The position numbers and the translations under genes were made by a program. From contig DATHUN010000449.1 of assembly GCA_035462205.1 (NCBI GenBank), positions 1-40,110 of the forward strand: a stretch of DNA of 40,110 bases, written 5' to 3'. Positions 1 to 9,057 of the stretch are shown here, in pieces. The notes under the pieces were generated by a model. It did not search any database. It saw only the letters and a program-made list of their open reading frames with translations, and was not told the origin of the DNA. The DNA comes from Anaerolineales bacterium (GTDB taxonomy: Bacteria > Chloroflexota > Anaerolineae > Anaerolineales > Villigracilaceae). Position 1 is the first letter of the stretch, and every line of letters begins with the position of its first letter.

Positions 1-76
1 ATTCAAAGGTAGCAGCTGTCTATCGTTGGGAGGAACTCGAGTTCTATTTCGAATATTAGTTCTTTAAGAGACTTAT

Positions 77-175
77 GTAGGTCAGGCTTGTAGCCTGACA
101 CTTTCAAGCTCAAACTAAACTTGGCGGGTTGCCCCGTCACCCTCAGCAGGGTGCTACGCGGCGAGCCCGCTCTAC
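77..175. repeat. Pair of inverted GTAG-tagged REP-like hairpins (REPIN/BIME-like)
   Basis: GTAG-GTCAGGCT-tgt-AGCCTGAC at 77-99; an opposite-facing GGCGGGTTGCC...GGCGAGCCCGCT-CTAC at 123-175. Confidence 0.65.
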
Positions 176-187
176 GAAGGAGTTTTC

Positions 188-625
188 ATGATGGCCTTTC
201 TAAGCAGATACTTTAACTTTATACCGATTTTGCTTATTCCCGTTCTGTTTTTCACCGTCTGGCTGTTACCTGCTTATGGAATGGTGCTCTTAATAGTTTC
301 CCTAAGTTTTGGGCTTTTCATCAACAGCCTGATGATTATAAAAAAGCAGAAAGAAACTTACTCTCCAGGCAGAACTTCACGAATTATATTCGTTCGCAAT
401 GTTTTTCTAGAGATATCAGCCATTGTTTGTACAATGATTCTGGCAGGCTGGCTTGGCAATTACTTAGGAGAAATAGCAACCAGGCAAATTTACAATGATC
501 TGACAAAATCTGTAGCAGGACTTTTTCTTGGTCTACTAATTGGAATTTCAGTAGGGGTTATTGTTCAGCGCACCAAGAAGAGATTACTATTGATTTTTCA
601 AAATAGAACATTAGTAAAACCATAA
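188..625 (+). CDS. Hypothetical integral membrane protein (about 4 TM)
   Basis: 145-aa ORF with AAGGAG RBS and four hydrophobic segments; AT-rich. Confidence 0.7.
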   Translation: MMAFLSRYFNFIPILLIPVLFFTVWLLPAYGMVLLIVSLSFGLFINSLMIIKKQKETYSPGRTSRIIFVRNVFLEISAIVCTMILAGWLGNYLGEIATRQIYNDLTKSVAGLFLGLLIGISVGVIVQRTKKRLLLIFQNRTLVKP

Positions 626-655
626 TACATATCTACAAAAGGACATCGCAGCACC

Positions 656-1537
656 ATGGAAAAAATCAACTCTTCATCTCCCTTCAAGGCAATATCTGTG
701 TTTCTGGTTGCCATGGTAATCTCAATTGCAGGTGGGGCTCTTATTGGCGCAATTGTGTCCTTCGTGGGATCCCTTTTTTACATCGCATTTCTCTTCCCGC
801 TGGGGATGGGATTTGCGGGCGGTGACACAATCGCAGTTGCTATTAAGCTGGCAAACATAAGAAAAAGCACACGGTTGATACTTTTATCACTTTTGGCGAC
901 AATCTCGATTTATGGCACATATCATTATGGCAGATATGTTGCCTTGCAGGCACAAACGTTCCTTGAACTATCTTCAAGACAAGATACCCATGATGTCAGC
1001 CTGGACGGTGCAAAATTGGTCTTGGATTATGCCCTCATCAAAGAAACAGGCCATTCTGGTTTTGCCGGCTATATGATGTATAAGGCACAACAAGGCGTGT
1101 CCCTGGGTCGGCTTGTGAGCAGCAGTAGCACAAACCTGGGTCCGGTTCTCAGCTGGGTGTATTGGCTGTTGGAGCTTGGAATTATTCTTTCGGTGACAAT
1201 AATCATCGGCAGAAAGGAAATACTTGTTCCGGTATGTGAAGCTTGTGGAAGCCGCTACGGCAGAGAGAAACATCTGGGTGGAACGTCTGTGAAAAATAAA
1301 TCCATGCTCCTTGAATCGATCGAGCGAAGAGATTTCGTTGAAATTGGAAAGCTGCTCGAGGAAAATGCAGATCTGCCAAGCATCGAACTCTACATGAAAA
1401 GCTGCGAGTCCTGTGAAAGAGGCATTTCCCACCTGACGATTCAACAAGCTGCCAAAGGTCCAAAAGGGACTGTTCAGTTTTCTGACATTTCGAAGGTAAC
1501 CTTGCAGCCACGGGATCGCCTGGCATTTTCTCGTTAA
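656..1537 (+). CDS. Hypothetical membrane protein with C-terminal CxxC...CxxC (zinc-ribbon-like) domain
   Basis: 293 aa, AAGGA RBS, about 4 TM segments, CEACG and CESCE motifs. Confidence 0.75.
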   Translation: MEKINSSSPFKAISVFLVAMVISIAGGALIGAIVSFVGSLFYIAFLFPLGMGFAGGDTIAVAIKLANIRKSTRLILLSLLATISIYGTYHYGRYVALQAQTFLELSSRQDTHDVSLDGAKLVLDYALIKETGHSGFAGYMMYKAQQGVSLGRLVSSSSTNLGPVLSWVYWLLELGIILSVTIIIGRKEILVPVCEACGSRYGREKHLGGTSVKNKSMLLESIERRDFVEIGKLLEENADLPSIELYMKSCESCERGISHLTIQQAAKGPKGTVQFSDISKVTLQPRDRLAFSR

Positions 1538-1605
1538 GATGTACCCAAATCCAGAGGTTGGCGTCATGATGGAAGATATCACTATAGCAAGGACATCTCA
1601 GCATC

Positions 1606-1743
1606 ATGGAAAAAAACCATTCCACATCTCTCCTCCAGGCGGTTCTGCGCGTGCTCCGTACGATATTCATTTCGATCTTAGGTGGGGCATTGACCGGCGT
1701 CCTGGCAGCCGTGATCGGTTCCTTTTTCAACATCGAACGCTGA
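1606..1743 (+). pseudogene. 45-aa truncated paralogue of the N-terminus of the 656..1537 protein (small protein or relic)
   Basis: MEKNHSTSLLQAVLRVLRTIFISILGGALTGVLAAVIGSFFNIER* aligns to MEKINSSSPFKAISVFLVAMVISIAGGALIGAIVSFVGSLF; upstream RBS context is near-identical. Confidence 0.7.
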
Positions 1744-1774
1744 TCAGACAGGCGGCCGCCTGTCCCTACCTGGT

Positions 1775-2371
1775 TTACGGCGCCACCCAGACGACAAAAC
1801 TCAATTCTGCATCCTTGTATCTCCCGGTGACATTCCAGCAGCCCAGGGTAGGGAATTCCACGCCGGTGAGCATGGCGGAGCCGATATCGCTGGCATAGGC
1901 GTTGGTCCCGCCGGACACTTCAGAGGAAGGCGCAGAGGCATCCAGCCGTTCGGCGGTCACCGTGATCTCGGGCTGCGGTTCTTCCGTCCAGATATATCCC
2001 TCGCGCCACCAGAAGACCTTTTGTCCATAACCGTTGCCGTCGTAGGGCAAACCGGCCCAGACGCCGCTCTCCGGGACGAGCGTCCAGAGGGAGTTGGTCC
2101 CGTACCAGAAATAGTCTGACCAAGGTGATTCTGGCGAATACGGTGCAGGCGGCGTGAACGGCGGCTCCTGAGGAACCGTGATGGGACAATCTTTGGGAGG
2201 CGTGGAAGATACAGCGTCCACTTGTGCGGTTGCCGTTGGTGCAGGTGGCGTGGGGACAGCAGTTGGCTTTTGATTATCCTGGATGGATTTTGCATTCGCA
2301 GGCTGCCCGGCACAACTGGAAAGCATGGCTGCGATGCTGAATATCGAGAGGATGAAAGTGACCTTTTGCAT
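1775..2371 (-). CDS. Secreted lipoprotein of unknown function
   Basis: Signal peptide with LSSC lipobox, Pro/Thr-rich linker, Trp-rich domain ending FPTLGCWNVTG; start taken at MQKVTF. Confidence 0.75.
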   Translation of the reverse strand: MQKVTFILSIFSIAAMLSSCAGQPANAKSIQDNQKPTAVPTPPAPTATAQVDAVSSTPPKDCPITVPQEPPFTPPAPYSPESPWSDYFWYGTNSLWTLVPESGVWAGLPYDGNGYGQKVFWWREGYIWTEEPQPEITVTAERLDASAPSSEVSGGTNAYASDIGSAMLTGVEFPTLGCWNVTGRYKDAELSFVVWVAP

Positions 2372-2443
2372 GGTAATGCCTTTCGGTTTCACCCTCAATA
2401 CACCGCAAGGATAAAAAGAGTTCCCCTTAACTACGTTGCGATA

Positions 2444-2668
2444 CTAAGTTAAGTGCGTGTGAAGATGTTCCCTGCCCGCCAGTTGTTTCAATAACTTTTC
2501 GGTCGCTTCGGCTACTTCGGTCACTGCCTGCTCGAAGGCTTGCTCGTTGACCCTGGACGGCTTGCGGTAGCCGCTGACCTTGCGTATGAACTGCAAGGCG
2601 GCGGCGCGTATCTCCTCGTCCGTGACGGGGATTTCGGTATTGCGTAATTGTTTGATGCTTCTGCACAT
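2444..2668 (-). CDS. DUF2277 family small protein
   Basis: MCRSIKQLRN...EEIRAAALQFIRKVSG signature; GGAG RBS. Confidence 0.8.
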   Translation of the reverse strand: MCRSIKQLRNTEIPVTDEEIRAAALQFIRKVSGYRKPSRVNEQAFEQAVTEVAEATEKLLKQLAGREHLHTHLT

Positions 2669-2698
2669 CGGGTTTTACTCCTGTACTTATAAAATAAT

Positions 2699-2738
2699 GA
2701 GACTCTTCGGTCGCAGCGAACGCTCCCTCAGAGTGCCA
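2699..2738 (-). repeat. GTCA-tagged palindromic repeat (half element)
   Basis: Reverse complement GGCACTCTGAGGGAGCGTTCGCTGCGACCGAAGAGTCTC matches the left arms at 37024 and 19875. Confidence 0.65.
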
Positions 2739-3117
2739 TACTTATCAAATCAATCGCCACGACCAGGGCAGTGCGTGCCCATTCGTCGAGGGAGCCATCT
2801 GCTTCACGCTCGTTGTATTTATCTGCTACTATGTTGCGCGCCGCCATTTCTTCCTGCTCATCGCTGACGAGGCGCGCCATCCCCCGGAAGTGCTGGCTGG
2901 CGATGCGCACGCTCACATTGGGTTCTTTGCGCAGATTCTTGACCCAATCGGCGCTCTCTCCGCCGCCCGACATCAGGTAGATGCTATGATCTCGCAGGCC
3001 AAACCAGATCTCGATCTCATGCGGTTTGCCGGTCACCCGCCCCGTGGTGGTGAGATAGCAGAAATCTTCTCCCGCCAGGGATGCCGGAAGAGAGGGCATT
3101 CGAGTCGAATCGTTCAT
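2728..3117 (-). CDS. Deazaflavin (F420)-dependent nitroreductase-family / split-barrel oxidoreductase
   Basis: YLTTTGRVTGKPHEIEIWF and ADWVKNLRKEPNVSVRI motifs; AGGAG RBS before the ATG at 3117. Confidence 0.8.
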   Translation of the reverse strand: MNDSTRMPSLPASLAGEDFCYLTTTGRVTGKPHEIEIWFGLRDHSIYLMSGGGESADWVKNLRKEPNVSVRIASQHFRGMARLVSDEQEEMAARNIVADKYNEREADGSLDEWARTALVVAIDLISMAL

Positions 3118-3386
3118 ACAGAACTCCTGAGTTTTCCCGGCGGGACGTCTGCGGCGAAGGACCGCGCCAGGATACGGAACCCGTTCCCGGTGGAGCAAGA
3201 TGCGCCTGCTCCGGTCACGGAAAGGCGGGGATTCCCTGAAGTATAACCTTTTACCGCTTGTCTCATCACTAACTTTGCTTCCTGGATTTACAGGCTGAGA
3301 TTCATCGTTCAAGTAAAGTACAGGATCCACAGGATTGCTGCGCTTGTGCGGGACGGAGCAGTACAAAAGTGTAGGGCGGTCACCAA

Positions 3387-3415
3387 TTGCGGAATCACCA
3401 AAAATTGAGTAAGAT
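3387..3415 (+). promoter_or_regulatory. Putative sigma70 promoter for the leader-aminotransferase transcript
   Basis: TTGCGG-N17-TAAGAT. Confidence 0.5.
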
Positions 3416-3425
3416 AGGGAATGCC

Positions 3426-3488
3426 ATGTTACGAATGTTGGCGATAGTCCTTTTGGACATTCTCGGCGCAACAGGCCCACATGCCTGA
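3426..3488 (+). CDS. Putative Leu/Ile/Val-rich attenuator leader peptide (MLRMLAIVLLDILGATGPHA)
   Basis: 8 of codons 2-13 are Leu/Ile/Val, including TTA, TTG and ATA; the ORF runs into the terminator hairpin. Confidence 0.6.
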   Translation: MLRMLAIVLLDILGATGPHA

Positions 3489-3519
3489 CAGGTACACGTA
3501 TACCTGTCAGGCTTTTTTT
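3483..3519 (+). terminator. Intrinsic terminator (attenuator) in the 5' leader of the aminotransferase
   Basis: GCCTGACAGGTA-cacgta-TACCTGTCAGGC, 12-bp perfect stem followed by T7. Confidence 0.85.
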
Positions 3520-3595
3520 ACGCCCCTCAAGATTACGCACTTGCCCCGACAGGCGGTGTGACCGGGGCATGATATCTTTTTCTCAAGGAGAAAAA

Positions 3596-4825
3596 ATGCA
3601 GACACCCTGGGAGTATCGTTATGCTCACCGTATACAGAAAATGGGAAGCTCGGTCATCCGTGAGCTGTTGAAATTCACCGAACAGCCCGATATCATCTCG
3701 TTCGCCGGGGGGTTGCCCGCGCCGGAGGTCTTCCCGCTCAAGGAATTCCACGAGGCGTGCAATTATGTGCTCGAGCATTTCGGTCCGCAGGCGCTGCAAT
3801 ACAGCACCACCGAAGGCTATACTCCTCTGCGCGAGATGATCGCCCGGCATAATGCCCGTTTCAGCGTGGAAGTCAGCCCGGAGAATATCCTGGTCACCTC
3901 CGGCTCACAGCAGGCGCTGGACTTTCTCGGGCGGCTTTTTATCAACCGCGGCGATTACATCGTCTGCGAATCGCCCACCTATGTAGGCGCACTGCAGGCG
4001 TGGAATGCGTATGGGGCGCAATATATCCCCGTCCGTGCGGACGAGGATGGCATGATCGTGGACGAGCTGGAAGCGGCGCTGCGCATCGGACCGAAGTTCA
4101 TCTACATCCTGCCGAACTTCCAAAACCCGAGCGGATCCACACTCAGCCTCGAGCGCCGTATCAAGCTGGTAGAACTGGCAGATAAATATGGCGTGCCGAT
4201 CGTCGAGGACGACCCGTACGGCCAGCTGCGCTACGAAGGGGACCACATCCCCTCGGTCGCTACGCTCGACAGCGAGTATCGCGGCCCGAACGGCGGGCAT
4301 TACAGCGGCAACGTGATCTACCTCAGCACATTCTCGAAGCTGCTGGCGCCCGGCTTACGCCTGGGATGGGTCATCGCACCGCCCGAGGTGATCCGCAAGC
4401 TGGTGATGACGAAGCAGGCTGCCGATTTGCATACCGCCTCCTTCAATCAATACGTTGCCTATGAGGTGGCAAAAGGTGGCTTCCTGAATGAGCACGTCAA
4501 GATGATCCGCGCCACCTATAAAGAGCGCCGCGATGTAATGTTCGAGATGATGGAAGAGATGTTCCCCGCCGAGGTGACCTGGAGCAAGCCGCACGGCGGC
4601 ATGTTCCTGTGGGGCGTCCTGCCGGAAGAAATGGATGCCGCCGAAGTGCTCAAGCGCGCCATCGAGAAGAAGGTTGCCTTCGTCCCCGGCGAGGCATTTC
4701 ACCCGCGCGGCGGTGGCAAGAACACGATGCGGATCAACTTCTCGTATTCTTCCCCCGATACCATCCGCGAGGGTGTGACACGTTTGGGGAGGACATTGAA
4801 GGAATTGATCGCGGAGAAGGTATAG
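3596..4825 (+). CDS. PLP-dependent class I/II aminotransferase (LysN/2-aminoadipate transaminase-like, no HTH)
   Basis: IISFAGGLPAP, PNFQNPSG, EDDPY, STFSKLLAPGLRLGW (PLP lysine); AAGGAG RBS. Confidence 0.9.
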   Translation: MQTPWEYRYAHRIQKMGSSVIRELLKFTEQPDIISFAGGLPAPEVFPLKEFHEACNYVLEHFGPQALQYSTTEGYTPLREMIARHNARFSVEVSPENILVTSGSQQALDFLGRLFINRGDYIVCESPTYVGALQAWNAYGAQYIPVRADEDGMIVDELEAALRIGPKFIYILPNFQNPSGSTLSLERRIKLVELADKYGVPIVEDDPYGQLRYEGDHIPSVATLDSEYRGPNGGHYSGNVIYLSTFSKLLAPGLRLGWVIAPPEVIRKLVMTKQAADLHTASFNQYVAYEVAKGGFLNEHVKMIRATYKERRDVMFEMMEEMFPAEVTWSKPHGGMFLWGVLPEEMDAAEVLKRAIEKKVAFVPGEAFHPRGGGKNTMRINFSYSSPDTIREGVTRLGRTLKELIAEKV

Positions 4826-4828
4826 TAA

Positions 4829-4848
4829 GGGCGGGCAGCTGCCCGCCC
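4829..4848. repeat. Perfect 20-bp GC-rich palindrome between convergent genes (REP-like or terminator)
   Basis: GGGCGGGCAGCTGCCCGCCC preceded by GTAA. Confidence 0.6.
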
Positions 4849-4867
4849 CAACGACCCGCCCCGACCC

Positions 4868-6217
4868 TTAACCATCCACATAATGGACAAATTCCGCCCG
4901 GGCGATGCCCTGTTGCATGGCGGTCCGGGCGACGGCGCGCGCCACCTCGAGATGGACTTTCTTATCGAGCGGGTTCGGCATCAGCTCCCCGGCGGGCGTC
5001 ATGCGGACCAGCACATCGACCGCGGCGAGCAGCATCTCGTTGGTGATGCGCGGCGCGTTGGCATCCACGGCGCCGCGGAAGATACCGGGGAAGCCGAGCA
5101 CATTGTTGACCGATTTTCCATCGGCGGCGAAGGCGGCGCCATACGCCAGGGCGACATCCGGGTCGATTTCGGCATTGGGATTTGATAACGCCAGGATGAC
5201 CTGTCCCTTGCGGATCATTTCGGGCTTGATCAGGTTGGGCGAGCCTGTAGTGGCGATGACAATCTCGCACTCGGACATAATTTCCTTCAAGTCCGATTTC
5301 TTTCCTCCATCCCTGCTGAACCGTTCCACTGCCTCTTCGTGCCAATCGGTGCCCAACACCGGATTGCCTGTAAGCCCCATGATCATCTTGGCAATCGCAT
5401 TCCCGGCCGCGCCTAAACCGATCTGACCGATGGATGCCTTGCCGATATCTACGCCGGTTCGGTTGGCGGCGACCTGCAACGCGGCAAGTCCCACTACGGC
5501 TGTTCCGTGCTGATCGTCGTGCATCACGGGAATATCGAGCAGCGACTGCAGGCGCTCTTCGATCTCAAAGCAGCGCGGTGCAGAGATATCCTCCAGCTGA
5601 ATGGCAGCGAATGTTGGCGAAATGGCATACACCGCCTGGACAATTTCATCCGGATCCTTCGTGTTCAACAAGATCGGCATGCCCGAAAGCCCGACGAGCG
5701 TTTCCATCAACATGGCTTTGCCTTCCATGACGGGCATGCTCGCCAGTGGACCAATATCTCCCAACCCCAACACTGCCGTGCCATCGGTGACGATCGCCAC
5801 CATGTGGCTGACACAGGTGTAGAGCCGCGCCAGCTCGGGGTCATCGGCGATCTTCAAACAGACCTCGGCGACGCCCGGTGTATAGACCCGGCGCAACGTG
5901 GCAATCGAATCGACAGGGAAGCGGGAACGGATGGCGATCTTCCCTTTGGTGTGCAAAGCCAGTACTTCGTCGCGCACCTCGATCACGCGCGTGCCGTGGT
6001 TGGCGCGCATCGCTTCGATGACCTTGTCCATATGCTCGGCGTCGTCGGCGTAGACGGTGATATCGCGCACCACGGAATTGGCGGTCTCATTGATCAGCTC
6101 AATACTTCCGACGCTGGCGCGCATGCCTGCTACCGCTGCCAGTAAATTGGCGAGGACACCATGCTTGTTCTCGTTACGGACGCGCACCGTCCGCATGATT
6201 CTGCGTTCCCATGCCAT
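4868..6217 (-). CDS. NAD-dependent malic enzyme with N-terminal ACT domain
   Basis: VYTPGVA, TDGTAVLGLGDIGP, VMEGKA, LEDISAPRCF, MHDDQHGTA, NNVLGFPGIFRG; ACT-like first 80 aa. Confidence 0.92.
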   Translation of the reverse strand: MAWERRIMRTVRVRNENKHGVLANLLAAVAGMRASVGSIELINETANSVVRDITVYADDAEHMDKVIEAMRANHGTRVIEVRDEVLALHTKGKIAIRSRFPVDSIATLRRVYTPGVAEVCLKIADDPELARLYTCVSHMVAIVTDGTAVLGLGDIGPLASMPVMEGKAMLMETLVGLSGMPILLNTKDPDEIVQAVYAISPTFAAIQLEDISAPRCFEIEERLQSLLDIPVMHDDQHGTAVVGLAALQVAANRTGVDIGKASIGQIGLGAAGNAIAKMIMGLTGNPVLGTDWHEEAVERFSRDGGKKSDLKEIMSECEIVIATTGSPNLIKPEMIRKGQVILALSNPNAEIDPDVALAYGAAFAADGKSVNNVLGFPGIFRGAVDANAPRITNEMLLAAVDVLVRMTPAGELMPNPLDKKVHLEVARAVARTAMQQGIARAEFVHYVDG

Positions 6218-6236
6218 AGCTATGTTCCTTTCAGTG

Positions 6237-6333
6237 TGTCACTCCCCGAAGGGCACCGGGCGGTGTCAGGGGGCGTTTTTTGCCAACGAAAAGTCTCGCG
6301 CGATAAGGAGAAGATGCTTCGCTCAGCATGACA
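6237..6333. repeat. GTCA-tagged palindromic element (degenerate, with internal insert)
   Basis: TGTCACT... to ...GATGCTTCGCTCAGCATGACA ends match the copies at 19875 and 37024. Confidence 0.6.
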
Positions 6334-6345
6334 TATCAAGGTACA

Positions 6346-7071
6346 TTATATATCTTTGATTGCCGAATACAACTCGTCAAAGGTTTTGATCGTGGTGCAC
6401 TCGGCTTCGGGGAAGATGCCGACCGGATCATAGAGAATGGGCGTCAGTCCGGCGCGGCGCGAGCCAACCACATCTGCAAAATAATTATCCCCCACGTAAA
6501 CCGCCTCGCCGGCAGACACCTTCGCCCGTTGGAGAGCGTGCTCAAAGAGGCCGGGATCTGGCTTATAGGAATTGACCTCGCCGCCCGCGACCGCGAAATC
6601 GAAGAACTCGCCGATGGTATGCGTATCGAGGGTTTCCTGAAATGGCTGGGAACGGTTCGAAAGGACAGCCATGCTGTAGCCGGCTTCCTTTAATTGAACG
6701 AGGGCGCGCCGCACGTCATCCGGGATCACGCTCTCGGGTCTGTATTCCCGGCCCATATGGATCGAGACTTTAGGCGCATACGATAATGCCCAGCTCGGCT
6801 CTGCTCCCAGCGAAACCAGCCGCCGGCGGCTGTACTCGATCCAAAACTTTTCCGATTCCCCCGAGTGTGCGATCAGGTCATCGCGCAGGTCAGGTGAGTT
6901 TGCCCAGTAGAGATGCTCCCAGCGCATGGCGCGCATCCGGTCCTCATGGCTGACAGGCAGCCCAAGGGTGATGACGTAATCCGTAAACACTTCCCCGCCC
7001 GAAGGCACGCTGTGACGAAGCGTGCCGTCCAGATCGAAAAAAACTGCCTTGATACGATGGTTGGAATTCAT
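6346..7071 (-). CDS. HAD-superfamily hydrolase (IA)
   Basis: FDLDGTL motif I, LSN motif II, KPDP and YVGDN...D motifs III/IV. Confidence 0.9.
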   Translation of the reverse strand: MNSNHRIKAVFFDLDGTLRHSVPSGGEVFTDYVITLGLPVSHEDRMRAMRWEHLYWANSPDLRDDLIAHSGESEKFWIEYSRRRLVSLGAEPSWALSYAPKVSIHMGREYRPESVIPDDVRRALVQLKEAGYSMAVLSNRSQPFQETLDTHTIGEFFDFAVAGGEVNSYKPDPGLFEHALQRAKVSAGEAVYVGDNYFADVVGSRRAGLTPILYDPVGIFPEAECTTIKTFDELYSAIKDI

Positions 7072-7107
7072 CTCACCATGTTATTGCGAATATAATCAGA
7101 TTGTCAA

Positions 7108-7134
7108 GTAGGGTGGACCGCGGTTCGCCCCTAC
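7108..7134. repeat. GTAG...CTAC REP-like hairpin
   Basis: GTAGGGTGGACCGCGGTTCGCCCCTAC. Confidence 0.6.
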
Positions 7135-7145
7135 GTTGGAGGCAT

Positions 7146-7922
7146 ATGGGAAAACTATCGGATCAGGTTGCGATCATCACCGGCGGGACCTCGGGGATTG
7201 GAAAGGCGACCGCGCTCGTCTTTGCCGAGGAAGGTGCAGATGTAGTCATCACGGGACGCCGCGTCGAGTTGGGTCAACGCGCACGAGAGGAGATCCAGCA
7301 GCGGGGCGGGCGCGGACTCTTTATCCCGGCAGATCATGCCCAAGCCGGTGATTGTTCCCGCGTCGTCGAGCAGACCCTCGCCGTGTTCGGCCGCCTGGAT
7401 ATTCTCTTCAATAACGCCGGTATCGTGACCAGTGGCACCGCCGAAACCACCTCCGAGGACGTTTGGAATGAAACGCTCGCCATCAACGTGACGGCCGTCT
7501 GGCGCATGTGCAAACTTGTCATTCCGATCATGAAGAAACAAGGCAAAGGGGTGATCGTCAACAACGGCTCCGATTGGTCCGTGGTCGCGGGCAAGGACGC
7601 CTTCCCCTACATTGCCAGCAAAGGTGCGCTGGCGATGATGACCAAGGCGATGGCGCTCGATTATGCCCGTGAGAATATCCGCGTCAACGCCGTCTGCCCG
7701 GGTGACACGCTGGTGGACCGCTGGATGGAGAAAGGATACTTCGAAAGCTCCGATCCCGTCAGCGTCGAAGAGGCGATGAAGGAATCCAGCGCTTATATTC
7801 CGATGGGGCGTTTTGGGAGACCCGAAGAGATCGCCAAGGCAGTATTGTTTTTGGCCTCTGATGATTCTTCCTTTATGACCGGTCACCTGCTGCTGGTGGA
7901 TGGCGGCAATACGGCGCAGTAA
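7146..7922 (+). CDS. Short-chain dehydrogenase/reductase (SDR)
   Basis: TGGTSGIG, NNAG, YIASK, VNAVCPG, VDGG; GGAGG RBS. Confidence 0.92.
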   Translation: MGKLSDQVAIITGGTSGIGKATALVFAEEGADVVITGRRVELGQRAREEIQQRGGRGLFIPADHAQAGDCSRVVEQTLAVFGRLDILFNNAGIVTSGTAETTSEDVWNETLAINVTAVWRMCKLVIPIMKKQGKGVIVNNGSDWSVVAGKDAFPYIASKGALAMMTKAMALDYARENIRVNAVCPGDTLVDRWMEKGYFESSDPVSVEEAMKESSAYIPMGRFGRPEEIAKAVLFLASDDSSFMTGHLLLVDGGNTAQ

Positions 7923-7956
7923 ATCCTTAAGGAGTGAACAGAAAAATGGTGAGAGC

Positions 7957-8763
7957 ATGATGAACAAAATCAAAGTCTGCGTTGCAGGGGCAACCGGATG
8001 GGCAGGGTCCGAGCTGTCGCGAGCCATTTCCAGTTCCGAAGAATTGGAATTGGTGGCTGCCATTTCGCGAAGTCATGCAGGAAAAACTCTCGGCGAAGTC
8101 ATCGCCCGGGACGGACTCATGACGCCTATCTTCGGCACCGTCGAGGATGCCGTTAAAACCAGCTTCGATGTCTTTGTGGAATACACCAAGCCAGACGTGG
8201 CGAAACATCATGTTCTGTCGGCGCTACAAGGCGGCGCACATGTTGTGATCGGTACATCGGGGTTAAGCAATCAAGATTATGCAGAAGTCGACGCGCTGGC
8301 GAAAGAAGTCCAACGCGGTGTGCTGGCAGTGGGGAATTTTGCGTTGACTGTGGTGCTTCTTCAAAAGTTTGCCGAGATGGCAGCCAAATATATCCCTCAT
8401 TGGGAGATCGTCGATTATGCCCATGCCGATAAAAAAGATGTTCCCAGCGGAACGGCACGCGAGCTGGCTAACCGGCTCTCCAGGATACAGGAGTCAAAAC
8501 TCGAAGTTCCCCTGGATCAAATCGACGGTCCAAAAGAGACGCGGGGTGCCCGGCTGCAGGGCACCCAGGTTCATTCGATTCGATTACCGGGATATAACAT
8601 TTCGCTGGATGCAATCTTTGGCATGCCGGGACAAAAATTGATCCTGCGCCACGAGGCGGGGAGCAGCGCCGAGCCCTACGTGGATGGCGCGCTTCTTGCC
8701 ATCCGCGAGGTGGGCAAACTGGTCGGTCTGCATCGCGGGTTGGATCGTGTCATGGAGTTCTAG
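7957..8763 (+). CDS. dapB: 4-hydroxy-tetrahydrodipicolinate reductase
   Basis: VAGATGWAG Rossmann motif, VIGTSG, HADKKDVPSGTA, VHSIRLPG. Confidence 0.85.
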   Translation: MMNKIKVCVAGATGWAGSELSRAISSSEELELVAAISRSHAGKTLGEVIARDGLMTPIFGTVEDAVKTSFDVFVEYTKPDVAKHHVLSALQGGAHVVIGTSGLSNQDYAEVDALAKEVQRGVLAVGNFALTVVLLQKFAEMAAKYIPHWEIVDYAHADKKDVPSGTARELANRLSRIQESKLEVPLDQIDGPKETRGARLQGTQVHSIRLPGYNISLDAIFGMPGQKLILRHEAGSSAEPYVDGALLAIREVGKLVGLHRGLDRVMEF

Positions 8764-8778
8764 GTACAACATCGATAC

Positions 8779-9048
8779 ATGTCTTCAGCCAAAAGAAAAT
8801 TCACCGCGGCGCAACTGAATCCTGGAAAAACCTACATCGTAGTTAAAGGATTTCAGGATTACGACGGGATGATTCACCCCGTCGGCGAACAATGGCGATT
8901 CGTAGAAAAGAACTTTCTGCCTTACGAGGATGGATTGTCGCTATTCGTTGAACGCAATGGACAAAAGACACAGATTCGCCTTCAATGGCGGGATGAAGCC
9001 CAGGCTCGGATCATTGATGAGTTTTGTGATTATGTAGAAGAGGTGTGA
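8779..9048 (+). CDS. DUF3601-like small protein
   Basis: FQDYDGMIHPVGEQWRF...FLPYEDGLSLFV...IRLQWR pattern. Confidence 0.7.
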   Translation: MSSAKRKFTAAQLNPGKTYIVVKGFQDYDGMIHPVGEQWRFVEKNFLPYEDGLSLFVERNGQKTQIRLQWRDEAQARIIDEFCDYVEEV

Positions 9049-9057
9049 AAGAACCGT

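Noticed and set aside
1539-1898. 119-aa ORF from the ORF track
   Set aside because: It overlaps the lipoprotein gene and has no recognisable features; the 1606..1743 frame has an RBS and homology support.
2728-3570. 280-aa extended version of the F420-type gene
   Set aside because: The extension crosses the divergent promoter/attenuator region; the RBS and family length support a start at 3117.
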